IMG/VR virus record: IMGVR_UViG_3300040816_000922 | Coordinates: 1 to 53,578 of that record | Reading direction: 5' to 3' (one strand) | Length of the DNA: 53,578 nucleotides | Source: a virus | Lineage: Duplodnaviria; Caudoviricetes | In this document: positions 44,118-52,891 of the stretch, one piece after another | How positions within the stretch are numbered: position 1 is the stretch's first letter | Layout: each line of letters begins with the position of its first letter | Notes under the pieces: generated by a model | Database searches by the model: none | Seen by the model: only the letters and a program-made list of their open reading frames with translations | What the model was told of the DNA's origin: nothing | Program-made: the position numbers and the translations under genes

Positions 44118-44530
44118 GCAAGGCAAGGGAAGCCGCCGCCTTCATCCGAGAGCTGCACCAGCGCCACGCCAGGACGGCAAGGCGCCAGGGGCGGATGCTC
44201 TCCGCCTTTCGCAAGACCTACCGGGACGCCATGCCCGAGGACCCGCTAGCCAAGAGGCAAGCCATGCTCGAGGCGGTGAAGCATTGCCAGGACGCGGGGC
44301 GGGTGTGCCTGGTCGCTACCTATTCGAGGTGGGGAGAGGACGCAGTGCATAGGGTCCGAGCCGTCCCCTTCTATGGGGTATGGACCACCGCGAAGCTTTG
44401 GCTCGAGGACGGGGGGTGCTCGAGGGTCAGAGTGTCCAGACCGATTCCCGGGCAGGCAAAGCTGCGCCTTGTTTTTTCCCGCGACGACACGCCAAAAACC
44501 CCAGTCAGTGACAGGAGATTGACGCGATGA
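44114..44530 (+). CDS. Hypothetical protein
   Basis: AGGAGG RBS; ATGA coupling. Confidence 0.65.
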   Translation: MSKAREAAAFIRELHQRHARTARRQGRMLSAFRKTYRDAMPEDPLAKRQAMLEAVKHCQDAGRVCLVATYSRWGEDAVHRVRAVPFYGVWTTAKLWLEDGGCSRVRVSRPIPGQAKLRLVFSRDDTPKTPVSDRRLTR

Positions 44531-44709
44531 AATCTAGCCAGACGAGCTCAGATATTAAGCAGATCCTCCGGGACGGGAAGGTCTACTGGAGCCACCCTTT
44601 GGACAGCCGATTGTGGGAGGACCGCCTGGCGTGCGAAACGGACTACAGATTTTCGCTGGACTGGCAGCGCTCAGAGGATTGCTGGAGCAGCCCCACGGTT
44701 TACGACTAG
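44527..44709 (+). CDS. Hypothetical protein
   Basis: AGGAG RBS; ATGA coupling. Confidence 0.55.
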   Translation: MKSSQTSSDIKQILRDGKVYWSHPLDSRLWEDRLACETDYRFSLDWQRSEDCWSSPTVYD

Positions 44710-44716
44710 CCCGGGG

Positions 44717-44887
44717 CTAGCCTTCCCGGATGGGCGCCAGCGATGGCGCCTTATCTCGCAGCGCTTCCATGATCGCCGCCTTTACCCTTCGAGCAACGGA
44801 GGCATCCGTGGTCACCATCTCAAACTCGAGGCGCAGTGTCCCGTCCTCTTCGTCCCTGTCTGTTTCCGTGACGTTGAAGCTAAGCAT
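44717..44887 (-). CDS. Hypothetical protein
   Basis: Coupled to the end of the HNH-like gene. Confidence 0.5.
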   Translation of the reverse strand: MLSFNVTETDRDEEDGTLRLEFEMVTTDASVARRVKAAIMEALRDKAPSLAPIREG

Positions 44888-45398
44888 CCCATGCCTTCCT
44901 TTCGTTATCAGCGACGGAGCGGCAGAACATGACAAACTCATCAATGTGCAAGCGCCCTCGCATCATGTTGATTTTGGTGCAGACCAGCATCACGTTGTCT
45001 TTACTGTAAGGACCATCCATCGCCATCCGGTCAACCGACGCATTGAAGTAGGAGCGGGACTCGGCGCCCTGGCGGTGATGGGTCAGAGGCAAGCCGCTCA
45101 GCGCACAGATCCCGTCCTGTTCTCGCCAGAGCTCGAGGAGCTGGGACCAATCCAGGGTGCAGACAAGATTCTTTTTCTTTGCCCGGTAGCGGACAGCGGT
45201 CGCCAGGGTTTTGAGGTAGGACTCGACGCTTTCCGCGTCGCGCTTTCGATTCCGATCAGAGGCGCAGGTATAGCAGCGGGAGGTTATGACGCCGGATTCT
45301 TTCGTGAAGAACCTATCGAGCGGGAGCTCGAGGCGGCAGCCCGTGCAGACCTTTACACCTCTGCGCGTATAGTTTTCGCGCGAATCAATAGGCGACAT
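44880..45398 (-). CDS. HNH/EndoVII-like Zn-binding endonuclease
   Basis: CTGC..CYTC Zn finger; QDGICALSG, SVDR...Y.KDNV.LVC..IN. Confidence 0.78.
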   Translation of the reverse strand: MSPIDSRENYTRRGVKVCTGCRLELPLDRFFTKESGVITSRCYTCASDRNRKRDAESVESYLKTLATAVRYRAKKKNLVCTLDWSQLLELWREQDGICALSGLPLTHHRQGAESRSYFNASVDRMAMDGPYSKDNVMLVCTKINMMRGRLHIDEFVMFCRSVADNERKAWDA

Positions 45399-45808
45399 GC
45401 GTCCCCCTCCCCGAGGGTGTGCATTAGGTCCCGGAAGGTTTCCCGGCTCGAGGTGACCATGAGCTCGACGGGGTGAAACTCCCTGCCCACGGCGATGCAG
45501 CCCTCAACATTCCGCGCCCAATTGCCAGGGTGAACCATGATCCAGGTACGCCCGGGCACATTGAGAACTTCCCAGCCCTCCTCGAAATCTCCGCCACTTG
45601 TCTTTGACACTACTGGAGATTGACGCAATGCCATTTCGTACATCCCTTCCGGAATGCAGGAAACGTGAGGGGTGTTGTCGAGCCAGGGGCGCTCGATGGT
45701 GCAGCACTGGAAAAGCACCTGGCTGCCATCGTTTGCCGGGGAAACAGAGAGCTCGCCGAGCGTAGCGTTCGGCGTGTAATAGCGGTGCAGAACCAGCTGG
45801 AGATCCAT
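45353..45808 (-). CDS. DUF5675-family putative endolysin
   Basis: TLGEL..TIERPW..SCIPEG.Y..VPGR..I.VHPGN...EGCIAVG. Confidence 0.82.
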   Translation of the reverse strand: MDLQLVLHRYYTPNATLGELSVSPANDGSQVLFQCCTIERPWLDNTPHVSCIPEGMYEMALRQSPVVSKTSGGDFEEGWEVLNVPGRTWIMVHPGNWARNVEGCIAVGREFHPVELMVTSSRETFRDLMHTLGEGDACRLLIRAKTIRAEV

Positions 45809-45975
45809 CAGGACCGCCGGTTCATGTCATTGAAGAGATCGAACAGGACCCGGATTTTTTCTTTCATGGTTTCTTGGTCGGCGTGCATCTTCGCAAGAAC
45901 GATGACGACGCTGATAAACCCCGCAGCCACTGGCCAGAGGTTCAAAAGCAACTCAAGGCGGAGTGAGTCGTCCAT
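45808..45975 (-). CDS. 55-aa single-TM protein, holin/antiholin candidate (not in the ORF track)
   Basis: MDDSLRLELLLNLWPVAAGFISVVIVLAK...; TGATG-coupled on both sides. Confidence 0.65.
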   Translation of the reverse strand: MDDSLRLELLLNLWPVAAGFISVVIVLAKMHADQETMKEKIRVLFDLFNDMNRRS

Positions 45976-46301
45976 CAAAGGATCTTGTCACCGAACCCTA
46001 AGGCGCCCAGCCCGGCTGCGATGACTACCCACCAGGCGCGCTCGATCAGACCGAGCGCGGGGGCGTGCTTACTTTGGGTTGCTTCGAGGGATCGGATCCG
46101 AGACTCGTGATCTTCGAGCCGCTCTTCCGATTGGGACTGACGGTGCCCCAGGGAGGTTTCAATTCGCGTGAGTCGCTCCATGATTTCTCGATTCGTTTCA
46201 ATAAGCATCGGCAACGCAGCAGCGACATCCTTAATCTCGCTTTCTAACGTCGCCAATCGGCTAAACACCTGAATCCAAGATGAGTCCGGGGCTTGCGTCA
46301 T
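45975..46301 (-). CDS. Coiled-coil plus C-terminal TM protein (XhlA/holin-like)
   Basis: RLTRIE..LEDHESRIRSLE then WWVVIAAGLG. Confidence 0.7.
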   Translation of the reverse strand: MTQAPDSSWIQVFSRLATLESEIKDVAAALPMLIETNREIMERLTRIETSLGHRQSQSEERLEDHESRIRSLEATQSKHAPALGLIERAWWVVIAAGLGALGFGDKIL

Positions 46302-46353
46302 CGGGCTCAATCCGCTCGAGAATTTGGTGCGCTAACCGTATCTGAACTCAATG

Positions 46354-46388
46354 AAAAAGTTGCTCTCAGATCGAATCGGTTTCACACT
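46354..46388 (+). promoter_or_regulatory. Promoter with 19-bp operator (copy A)
   Basis: TTGCTC-N17-CACACT; TCAGATCGAATCGGTTTCA spans the spacer. Confidence 0.75.
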
Positions 46389-46411
46389 TACACCTGGCGG
46401 AGGAATCAGCT

Positions 46412-46603
46412 ATGAAAATGTCAAGTCTCGAGCTTGTGACTGAGATTGCACGGCACATCCAGGCACGGCACAAAGTGTCCGAGAACCTCGCTTTGAACCT
46501 AGCCGAAGGGGCTATGGTTTATGCGGGATCGAAGGCAGCCCGGCTCGCAATGGATCGCGACGAGGGGCGGTCCCATGAGAACATTGCCTTGGACCAAGAG
46601 TGA
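46412..46603 (+). CDS. Hypothetical protein
   Basis: GGAGG RBS after promoter copy A. Confidence 0.6.
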   Translation: MKMSSLELVTEIARHIQARHKVSENLALNLAEGAMVYAGSKAARLAMDRDEGRSHENIALDQE

Positions 46604-46913
46604 GCTCGAAATGCTCCGAGCCCTTTGGGGCAAAGAAAATGTTGATGAAATAACGAGCCGAATCAATCACAACCACGGGCGCCGGAGAACCCGAAGAGCG
46701 GTGCAAGTGATGGCGAGTCGGCAGAAGATTACCGAGCCCCTGATCCTGGCTCCGGACGATGAAGCTTTGATCGTCGCCCTCCTCGAGGAACGCAAGGAAG
46801 CAGAGCGCATCGCCAGGATCCTGAGCGACGCGAACATTGCAGACAAGTTTGAGCTGCGCCCCTCAATGATTAAACGAATCCGGCTTTCGATGGATGACGA
46901 ATGGAACTACTGA
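46575..46913 (+). CDS. Myb/GcrA-like HTH regulator
   Basis: PWTKSELEMLRALW..RT..AV..MASR and a C-terminal HTH-like segment. Confidence 0.65.
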   Translation: MRTLPWTKSELEMLRALWGKENVDEITSRINHNHGRRRTRRAVQVMASRQKITEPLILAPDDEALIVALLEERKEAERIARILSDANIADKFELRPSMIKRIRLSMDDEWNY

Positions 46914-47455
46914 AACAGAACGACAAGTTTAAGGAGATGGTCCGGGAGAGCGGGTTTTCCCGGAAGCAGATTGCCGCAATGATGAACCTGTCCCTTGATA
47001 CGGTTCACGCCTACATGGCGACGGATACTCAGAAGAAGTTTAGGGCGGTTGACCCGGGCACGGTGCGGCGCCTTCGAGAGGTTCTCCGCAAAGCCCCTGA
47101 CCCGAAAGCCTATGATTCCTTTGCCAATCTCCAGGATCCGAATAGGGAGTTTCGGCGTTGCGTGCGGGCTCTGAACATGACCAATGAGCAGGTCGCCGAT
47201 CTGCTAGGGGTCTCCCCTACCATGGTCAAAGAATACATGTCGCCCGTGACCAGCAAGATCTTCACCCCGGTGCGCCCGATCTTCACCCAGGCGGTGAGCT
47301 ATGTCCTGTACTGGCAGCAAGAAGCCGAGGAGCGCATTAAGAAGGAGCGGGACCAGGCGATCAAACGCATTAACGATCAGCTGCTGGAAGCAGTCCGCCG
47401 AACGAAGCGGCGGCTCGAGGAAGCTAAGGCGCGGCGCACTTCAGAAAGCGCTTAG
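46901..47455 (+). CDS. Tandem HTH DNA-binding protein
   Basis: Two homologous units: SRKQIAAMMNLSLDTVHAYM and TNEQVADLLGVSPTMVKEYM. Confidence 0.75.
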   Translation: MELLKQNDKFKEMVRESGFSRKQIAAMMNLSLDTVHAYMATDTQKKFRAVDPGTVRRLREVLRKAPDPKAYDSFANLQDPNREFRRCVRALNMTNEQVADLLGVSPTMVKEYMSPVTSKIFTPVRPIFTQAVSYVLYWQQEAEERIKKERDQAIKRINDQLLEAVRRTKRRLEEAKARRTSESA

Positions 47456-47938
47456 GAGCTCCGGCACGGGGCGGTAGATGCGGCGGCATCGAGCGTACAC
47501 CGCGTCCCTATCGACAAAGCGACAGCGCTTCTTGGCGCCTCGGTCCCCCGGGGCAGCAAGCCATAACTCCCTGCCCGCCAGCTCAAGCAAAGCCCTGGCG
47601 TCCTCGAGGCGAAAGAACAACAGCGCCTCACCGTCCCACCATACCCATTCTCTAGCCTGGCATGCCATCAAACCTGAGGGCTTGCCGTACATCTCGAGCT
47701 CAAGCAGAAACCTCCTTGTATTCCTGGAGCGAGCGTCCATTTTTACCTCAATGGTCCAGCCAGTCTCCGGATCCAGGAGATCCCAACCCTTGCTCTTCGG
47801 CGGGGCAAGGTCCATCGCTTTGTGATGGGTCGTCCAGCGAACCACCTGAGCGCAGAGTCTTTCCCACCGTTTGCCCTCTTCAAGGTCCTTAAAGAAGGTG
47901 TTGTGGGTCACGATGGTTACCGTTTGCGCTTTTGCCAC
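47441..47938 (-). CDS. PD-(D/E)XK nuclease-like protein
   Basis: GKRWE..WDL..TIEVK.D..GKPSGL...A..W. Confidence 0.7.
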   Translation of the reverse strand: MAKAQTVTIVTHNTFFKDLEEGKRWERLCAQVVRWTTHHKAMDLAPPKSKGWDLLDPETGWTIEVKMDARSRNTRRFLLELEMYGKPSGLMACQAREWVWWDGEALLFFRLEDARALLELAGRELWLAAPGDRGAKKRCRFVDRDAVYARCRRIYRPVPELLSAF

Positions 47939-48180
47939 AGGTGGCGAACGATCATCTCGACGCGATTTCGCATGGCATTCCCGTCGCGATCCACGGGCAC
48001 ACTTTCCAACGAGATCCGGCGATCTTGCACCGTTGACTTGCCGAGAATCTCAGCTGCCATTGCGCTGGGGAAGGATGCCCAGATCAAAGCGTGGAAGGCA
48101 GGGTCGTAGTGGCGAATGAGGTACGCCTCCCGCTCCTCCTGGGTAGCCAACCTAGCTATCGCACTGGCTGCCTTGATCAC
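47917..48180 (-). CDS. Hypothetical protein
   Basis: GTG start with AGGA RBS; internal repeated R..L..(V/H)..R pattern. Confidence 0.6.
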   Translation of the reverse strand: MIKAASAIARLATQEEREAYLIRHYDPAFHALIWASFPSAMAAEILGKSTVQDRRISLESVPVDRDGNAMRNRVEMIVRHLWQKRKR

Positions 48181-48478
48181 ATCCTGCCCGCGCTCGCATC
48201 TCCGCAACGAGCGCTTCGACTTCAGGTTCAGAACTGACGACGACGATCCAGCCGGACCAGGCTTCGTGGAATCGAACCTGCTCGGGAGTAAGGCGTCTTG
48301 CTGAAGGGGGCTTTGAGCCATCTTTAACCTCTACTAAAACGTTGACGCCGTTAATCGACGCCACCAAGTCCGGGAACCCGCCGCCCACTTGCGAGGTGAC
48401 GCACACTGAACATCCCAGCCTCCGCAGCCGCTGCACTATCTGGGGCTGGTTCGCATCGATCTTCGCCGCTCGCCTCAT
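48152..48478 (-). CDS. VRR-NUC-like Holliday junction resolvase/nuclease
   Basis: AKIDANQ..GGFPDL..LVEVKDG.KPPSARRLTPEQ..FH..W. Confidence 0.85.
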   Translation of the reverse strand: MRRAAKIDANQPQIVQRLRRLGCSVCVTSQVGGGFPDLVASINGVNVLVEVKDGSKPPSARRLTPEQVRFHEAWSGWIVVVSSEPEVEALVAEMRARAGCDQGSQCDS

Positions 48479-48836
48479 CCCTGAGCTCCGGCTCCGAATC
48501 CATTACCCGTTTCTCCGACCAATGAACCCCGTGGTGCTCGCACCAGTGGTGAAGCATCAAGAGGGAACAGGCAGCGTGAATAACGTGGGGCAGCCCAGTC
48601 TCTTCGTCCCGCCATTCCCCTTTGCGCATGGCATTGAGGTGGCGGCGGCAGGCTGCGTAGTACCTGGGAGGTGCGTTCTCGATAGCGAGATAGTTGAAGT
48701 CGGCGTACTTCTTGGCGCCGAAGGTGAGGACCCGGGCAAGATCCTCCTCAAAACATTCGGGAATCAGGTCGTACCTGCTCTTCCCCTGGTCGTCTTTCCG
48801 CCCGCTAGTATCCAATGGGATCATAGCCATCTCCAT
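48351..48836 (-). CDS. dATP/dGTP diphosphohydrolase (DUF5664-like)
   Basis: GRKDDQGK.RYDLIP..VLTFGAKKY..RH..GE..DEETGLPH..HAAC. Confidence 0.88.
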   Translation of the reverse strand: MEMAMIPLDTSGRKDDQGKSRYDLIPECFEEDLARVLTFGAKKYADFNYLAIENAPPRYYAACRRHLNAMRKGEWRDEETGLPHVIHAACSLLMLHHWCEHHGVHWSEKRVMDSEPELRDEASGEDRCEPAPDSAAAAEAGMFSVRHLASGRRVPGLGGVD

Positions 48837-49128
48837 TCAGAACCTTTTCGACAAGCTCCAGGAGCTCTTCCTCTGAGCCGTAGCGCTCCTCGAAGCGCGC
48901 CTTGTAGGGGTGGCGCGAGGTGCAGGCGGGAACATCCACCCCGCTCCGGTGATGCAGGGTGCAGAGCGGCAGCACCTTGAAGTGAGCGCCGGGCTTGGTC
49001 TTGCCATCGAGGTGATGGATCTCTGCCGGGGAGAGCTCGCCATGAAACTCTCGGCAAACGATGCAGCCGATCTCCCTCACCCTGTCCATGTGCTCCCGCT
49101 CGTCGCGGGTCGGCGTCCTGCCTTTCAT
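48805..49128 (-). CDS. Ref-family recombination-enhancement nuclease
   Basis: GCIVC..AEIHH..LPLC..HHR..FEERYGSE.ELL. Confidence 0.85.
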   Translation of the reverse strand: MKGRTPTRDEREHMDRVREIGCIVCREFHGELSPAEIHHLDGKTKPGAHFKVLPLCTLHHRSGVDVPACTSRHPYKARFEERYGSEEELLELVEKVLNGDGYDPIGY

Positions 49129-49129
49129 G

Positions 49130-49468
49130 TCATGCCCCGTATGCTTTGCGCTCCAGGCGCTCTGATGCGCGATAGGTCCGCCATTGCTCGAAGGCAATCT
49201 CCACCGCCTTGGCGTGGGTCTTTAGTGCCGTGACCTCTGCCTTGGCTGCGCCTACCGCAATCCGCGCCTCGTAAACTTCCTGGTCCAGGTCTGCTTCCCT
49301 GGTCTGCGCATTGGCTGCCTTGTGCCCTGCCGCCAGCGCCTCTACCTGCTTGATCGCGATCAGCCGCTTGAGATCTGCCTCTGCCCTATGCTCCCGGGCA
49401 ATCGCATCGTGGATCCTCTTGGCGACTTCCCGCAGTGCGTTAGCGAATCGCTCTTCGTTTTCCACCAC
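49130..49468 (-). CDS. Helical hypothetical protein (possible recombination mediator)
   Basis: Coiled coil ending FEQWRT..ASER. Confidence 0.65.
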   Translation of the reverse strand: MVENEERFANALREVAKRIHDAIAREHRAEADLKRLIAIKQVEALAAGHKAANAQTREADLDQEVYEARIAVGAAKAEVTALKTHAKAVEIAFEQWRTYRASERLERKAYGA

Positions 49469-50369
49469 TGTGTTTTTCTGCCCTCTCGAGCTCCGACATG
49501 AGCTCGTCGTTCCAGTCGGTGCCCGGCTCTACAGGGAAGCGAAGATCAACTGCCACCCCCTTCCCTGCTAGTCGGTGAGCCAGGCGGTAAGCTGCTGCAT
49601 GCCCTGCAAAATTGCGGTCGTTGTCTCCGAAGATCACGATCTTTGAGACCCCCTCCGGGACCTCGAAGCCCTCGAGCAGACTGGTATTCAGGCAAGCCCA
49701 GGTCGGTACGCCGCAGAGCTGGTGAGCAGCAAGCGCTGTCTCTATCCCTTCAGCGACGCCGAGCACCCCCTCGTGCCTGGCTAACCGAACCGCCCCGCCC
49801 CGTAGGTTGGAGCCGCCCAGGATCTTCCGGACCGTAGCCACGGAAGCCTTGCCGCCGTTCTCGAGATAGGTGACATGCCATGCAAGCACTCGGTCACCCT
49901 TCACTATCGGAGCAAGCATGGCAGGGTGCTTTGAGACAACACGCCCCTCCTCTGTGTAGGGGAGCTCCGGGTGCCAGCGCAGGGTGTGAGGAGTGAACAG
50001 CCCCCGGTTGAGCAGATAGCGACTGTTCTTGTTCAAGGACTTAGCTGCCCGGGCATAGCCCCAGATCCAATGCTCCTTCTTTGGGAGCTCTGGCTCGCCG
50101 TCTGCCTTGCCAATGATCTCTTCAACCTTCTTGGCAGCGGTCGCAAAGTCCCAGCCATTGACACACATGAGCAGGTCGAACCCGTCCCGATCCCCGGTCG
50201 AGCACTTGCAGAAGAAGTTCCCGTTGCCGTCTTTGTCAGAGAGCCGATAGCAATCCTTGCCATGCCCATTGGGGCAAGCCTGGTGCTTTACGGTGTTGGT
50301 GTACTCAGGTCCGACAAGCTCGCTAATGATCAGCTTCCACTTGCCGATCGCATGATCCTTGAGCTTCAC
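49440..50369 (-). CDS. Phage primase (Zn-binding + Toprim)
   Basis: KHQACP..G.D.YR..FFCKC..DGFDLL; VAEGIETAL; FGDND; DWND; GTGA-coupled to the helicase. Confidence 0.9.
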   Translation of the reverse strand: MKLKDHAIGKWKLIISELVGPEYTNTVKHQACPNGHGKDCYRLSDKDGNGNFFCKCSTGDRDGFDLLMCVNGWDFATAAKKVEEIIGKADGEPELPKKEHWIWGYARAAKSLNKNSRYLLNRGLFTPHTLRWHPELPYTEEGRVVSKHPAMLAPIVKGDRVLAWHVTYLENGGKASVATVRKILGGSNLRGGAVRLARHEGVLGVAEGIETALAAHQLCGVPTWACLNTSLLEGFEVPEGVSKIVIFGDNDRNFAGHAAAYRLAHRLAGKGVAVDLRFPVEPGTDWNDELMSELERAEKHSGGKRRAIR

Positions 50370-51907
50370 AGCTGCGCCTCCTGCCGGTACTTCTGGCTGC
50401 GCGCCCACTTGATGATCTTGTGCTTGCACCACCCGGAGACAGCCAGGGACGGAGACACGGGATCCACCCAAGTCTTGGGCGGGTAAACCCCAAAGGCTTC
50501 CTTGTATTTGTGAGCAGCCCAGCCTGGCTTGAAGCCCATCTCCACGGCGTAGCCCATCACCTGGGCATACCACTCCTCCCGGGGCAGGTACTCGTGGGGC
50601 TTCATATTTTCTTCGCGATCTCGGCGGATCTCCGCGAGCTCTGCCTCGATGGCTTCCACGCGCTTCGCCCGAACGCGGCGCAGGTTGTGACCACACTCCG
50701 GGCAGGTAGGCTGGGGGCGGATGATCGCCTTGCAGTTAGGGCAATCGAGCTCGGTCAGGCGCTCCTCAACGGACTCGGGGCAGACGCGCTCCTTCCGCTC
50801 GGCATAGGTCTCGTTGCCGTCCAGGCTCCAAGGCTGGTCGTCGTCGATGAATCCAAGGCGCCGTATTACGCCCGTGTGATCGATAAGGATTGCGTCCTCC
50901 TTGTCCTGCCAGGGACGGAGGATCCTTCCCGCAGCCTGGAGGTAGCGGGCAATCGACTTAGTTGGGCGGGCAATGATCCCGCAGCTAACGCTAGGCTCGT
51001 CCCAGCCGTAGGACAAAACATCCACGCTGCAAATCACCTGGGTCTTGCCGCTGCGCATATCTCGCAGGATCTGAGCCCGCTCTTCGTTCGGCGTCTTGCC
51101 GTCCAGGTACGCGCTCGAGATCCCCACGCTCATGAACTCCTGGTGCAGAGCCTGGGCATGCCCACGGTCAACGGCGAACACCACGGTCTTGCGATCCGGG
51201 CAGATGCGCAGCCAGTTTTCCACGACATCCCCGACAAGCTTGGGGTTGTTCATCACCGCAGCCAGATCGTTCTGCTGGTAGTCCCCGGCAAGGGTGCGCA
51301 CCCCCGTCAGGTCCGCCGTGCTGGGCGCGAAGTACCGCACCGGAACTAGGTAGCCGTCGTTCATCAGATCAGCAACGCTCGGTCCCTCAACCATTGCTTG
51401 ATAGATCTGCCCTAGCCCCCTGCCATCAGCTCGGGCAGGTGTCGCAGTCATGCCGACGATCCTGTCCTTCAGGTAGTTGCGCAGAATCGCTCGGGTCATT
51501 TCGCTGAAGGACGCGTGCGCCTCATCCACCACAACCAGGCTAGCCTTCGGGGCTTCCATGCCTGATTGCAGGCGGCGGAACAGGGTGGGAACGCAGGCAA
51601 CGTGGACGGGCTTATCCAGGTCCATGAGCTCGCCCGCCATGAGCAGCCCATGATCAACGCCGAGCTCTTCTAGCTTTGCGCTGGTTTGGTAAACGAGCTC
51701 CCGGCGCGGCGCCAAGAACAGGCAGTTGCCGCCTTGCTTAAACTCCTTCTCGATCAGCAGGCAGCTGGTCAGAGTCTTGCCGCTTCCCGTGGGCATAACG
51801 AACAAGACCCGGGCATGGGATTGGAGCTCCCGTTCCACATCCTGAACGATGCGCTCCTGGTAAGGTCGAGGCGTTGGTCTGCTGTGATACCCGAAGATCT
51901 TGTCCAT
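50366..51907 (-). CDS. SF2 DEAH-box helicase with C-terminal Zn ribbon
   Basis: PRPYQ, MPTGSGKT, DEAH, MTATP, QAAGRILR, CPNC..CPECG. Confidence 0.95.
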   Translation of the reverse strand: MDKIFGYHSRPTPRPYQERIVQDVERELQSHARVLFVMPTGSGKTLTSCLLIEKEFKQGGNCLFLAPRRELVYQTSAKLEELGVDHGLLMAGELMDLDKPVHVACVPTLFRRLQSGMEAPKASLVVVDEAHASFSEMTRAILRNYLKDRIVGMTATPARADGRGLGQIYQAMVEGPSVADLMNDGYLVPVRYFAPSTADLTGVRTLAGDYQQNDLAAVMNNPKLVGDVVENWLRICPDRKTVVFAVDRGHAQALHQEFMSVGISSAYLDGKTPNEERAQILRDMRSGKTQVICSVDVLSYGWDEPSVSCGIIARPTKSIARYLQAAGRILRPWQDKEDAILIDHTGVIRRLGFIDDDQPWSLDGNETYAERKERVCPESVEERLTELDCPNCKAIIRPQPTCPECGHNLRRVRAKRVEAIEAELAEIRRDREENMKPHEYLPREEWYAQVMGYAVEMGFKPGWAAHKYKEAFGVYPPKTWVDPVSPSLAVSGWCKHKIIKWARSQKYRQEAQL

Positions 51908-51914
51908 ATCCCCT

Positions 51915-52197
51915 CTCCATTCCTAGGGCTGCCATTGGCTAGATCGCTAGATCCAGGGCGAACACGAGCTGTCCCAAGCAGGAACCTCTCGCGTTCGCCG
52001 GACTGCCACCGTCTGAGTCGCTGAGTCCTTTGGCGCCGGGGGCTCGGCTGTGGAGCCTGGTGGTCCCCCGGTTCACACTCACCTTTTGCGCGGCGTTGGC
52101 TCGTCCCCTGGTTCCGCTCTCTCCGCCGCGCCATCCGTCTTGCCTTTCGGCTACCCGCCCACGGCTTCATCGAGACCGCCCCTCTCGAGGCGGACCC
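51915..52197 (-). ncRNA. Highly structured leader/ncRNA candidate upstream of the helicase
   Basis: At least five stems, two GNRA tetraloops and G-U pairs that work only on the minus strand; no convincing ORF. Confidence 0.45.
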
Positions 52198-52199
52198 TA

Positions 52200-52228
52200 A
52201 GAATGAAACTGATTCGATCTCATCGCAA
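52200..52228 (-). promoter_or_regulatory. Promoter with 19-bp operator (copy B), driving the replication operon
   Basis: Minus strand TTGCGA-TGAGATCGAATCAGTTT-CATTCT. Confidence 0.75.
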
Positions 52229-52414
52229 ATCTTTTCGATCAGCGTGAGCGTTCAGATTTTTGCGAAACACAATTTTAACGATCGATGCGCAATTTCAGTT
52301 GACTTACTGGTTGCGAATTGAAAGTGTTCGTTGTGGACATAGCTCATGGAACCAGCTATGAAGGGGATGCGCTCACGGCGAGCGCGTTTTGCACGACTTA
52401 GCTTTGCCCGATGA

Positions 52415-52891
52415 ATGGATTCTGACAGGCAAATGGAGATGGAAATGAAGACGGTCAACCAAGCAGAAGCGCGTGCAGCATTTGCGAAGCGCTTTCATGA
52501 AGAACTAGACCGCGTTAGCTACCCCCGCTCCGGCAGGGGAACAATCCTGGCGAAAGATACTGGCGTCACTCACACGGCATCCAATGCGTGGCTGCGTGGC
52601 AGCATGCCCGCTATCTCGAAGCTGGTGGAAATCTGCGATCTTCTAAAACTTGATTTCACCTACCTCTGCACTGGGCGGCGGGTCGATCAAGAAAACCTCA
52701 TTGACGCAGATGTTTTTTCGGAAGCTGTAGCGACGGTCAATCAGTACATAGAAGAAAAAGAAATGCTGTCCGAAGTGGGGATGCAGCGATTGGGCATTCT
52801 GTACATGAGGGCTTATCTCCAACTAATGCAAGGCTCTACGAAAGACCTGCTTTACCGAGACATTGATCTTGCCGCAGGGAGACTTGCGTGA
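52415..52891 (+). CDS. XRE/CI-like HTH repressor without S24 peptidase domain
   Basis: FAKRF..LAKDTGVT..ASNAWLRG.MP..KL..IC..L....YL..G; divergent from the replication operon. Confidence 0.82.
   Translation: MDSDRQMEMEMKTVNQAEARAAFAKRFHEELDRVSYPRSGRGTILAKDTGVTHTASNAWLRGSMPAISKLVEICDLLKLDFTYLCTGRRVDQENLIDADVFSEAVATVNQYIEEKEMLSEVGMQRLGILYMRAYLQLMQGSTKDLLYRDIDLAAGRLA

Noticed and set aside
48351-48836. Modified-base (2-aminoadenine or 7-deazaguanine) pathway implied by dATP/dGTPase plus MazG
   Set aside because: No purZ, dpdA, que/folE genes or phage DNA polymerase recognised
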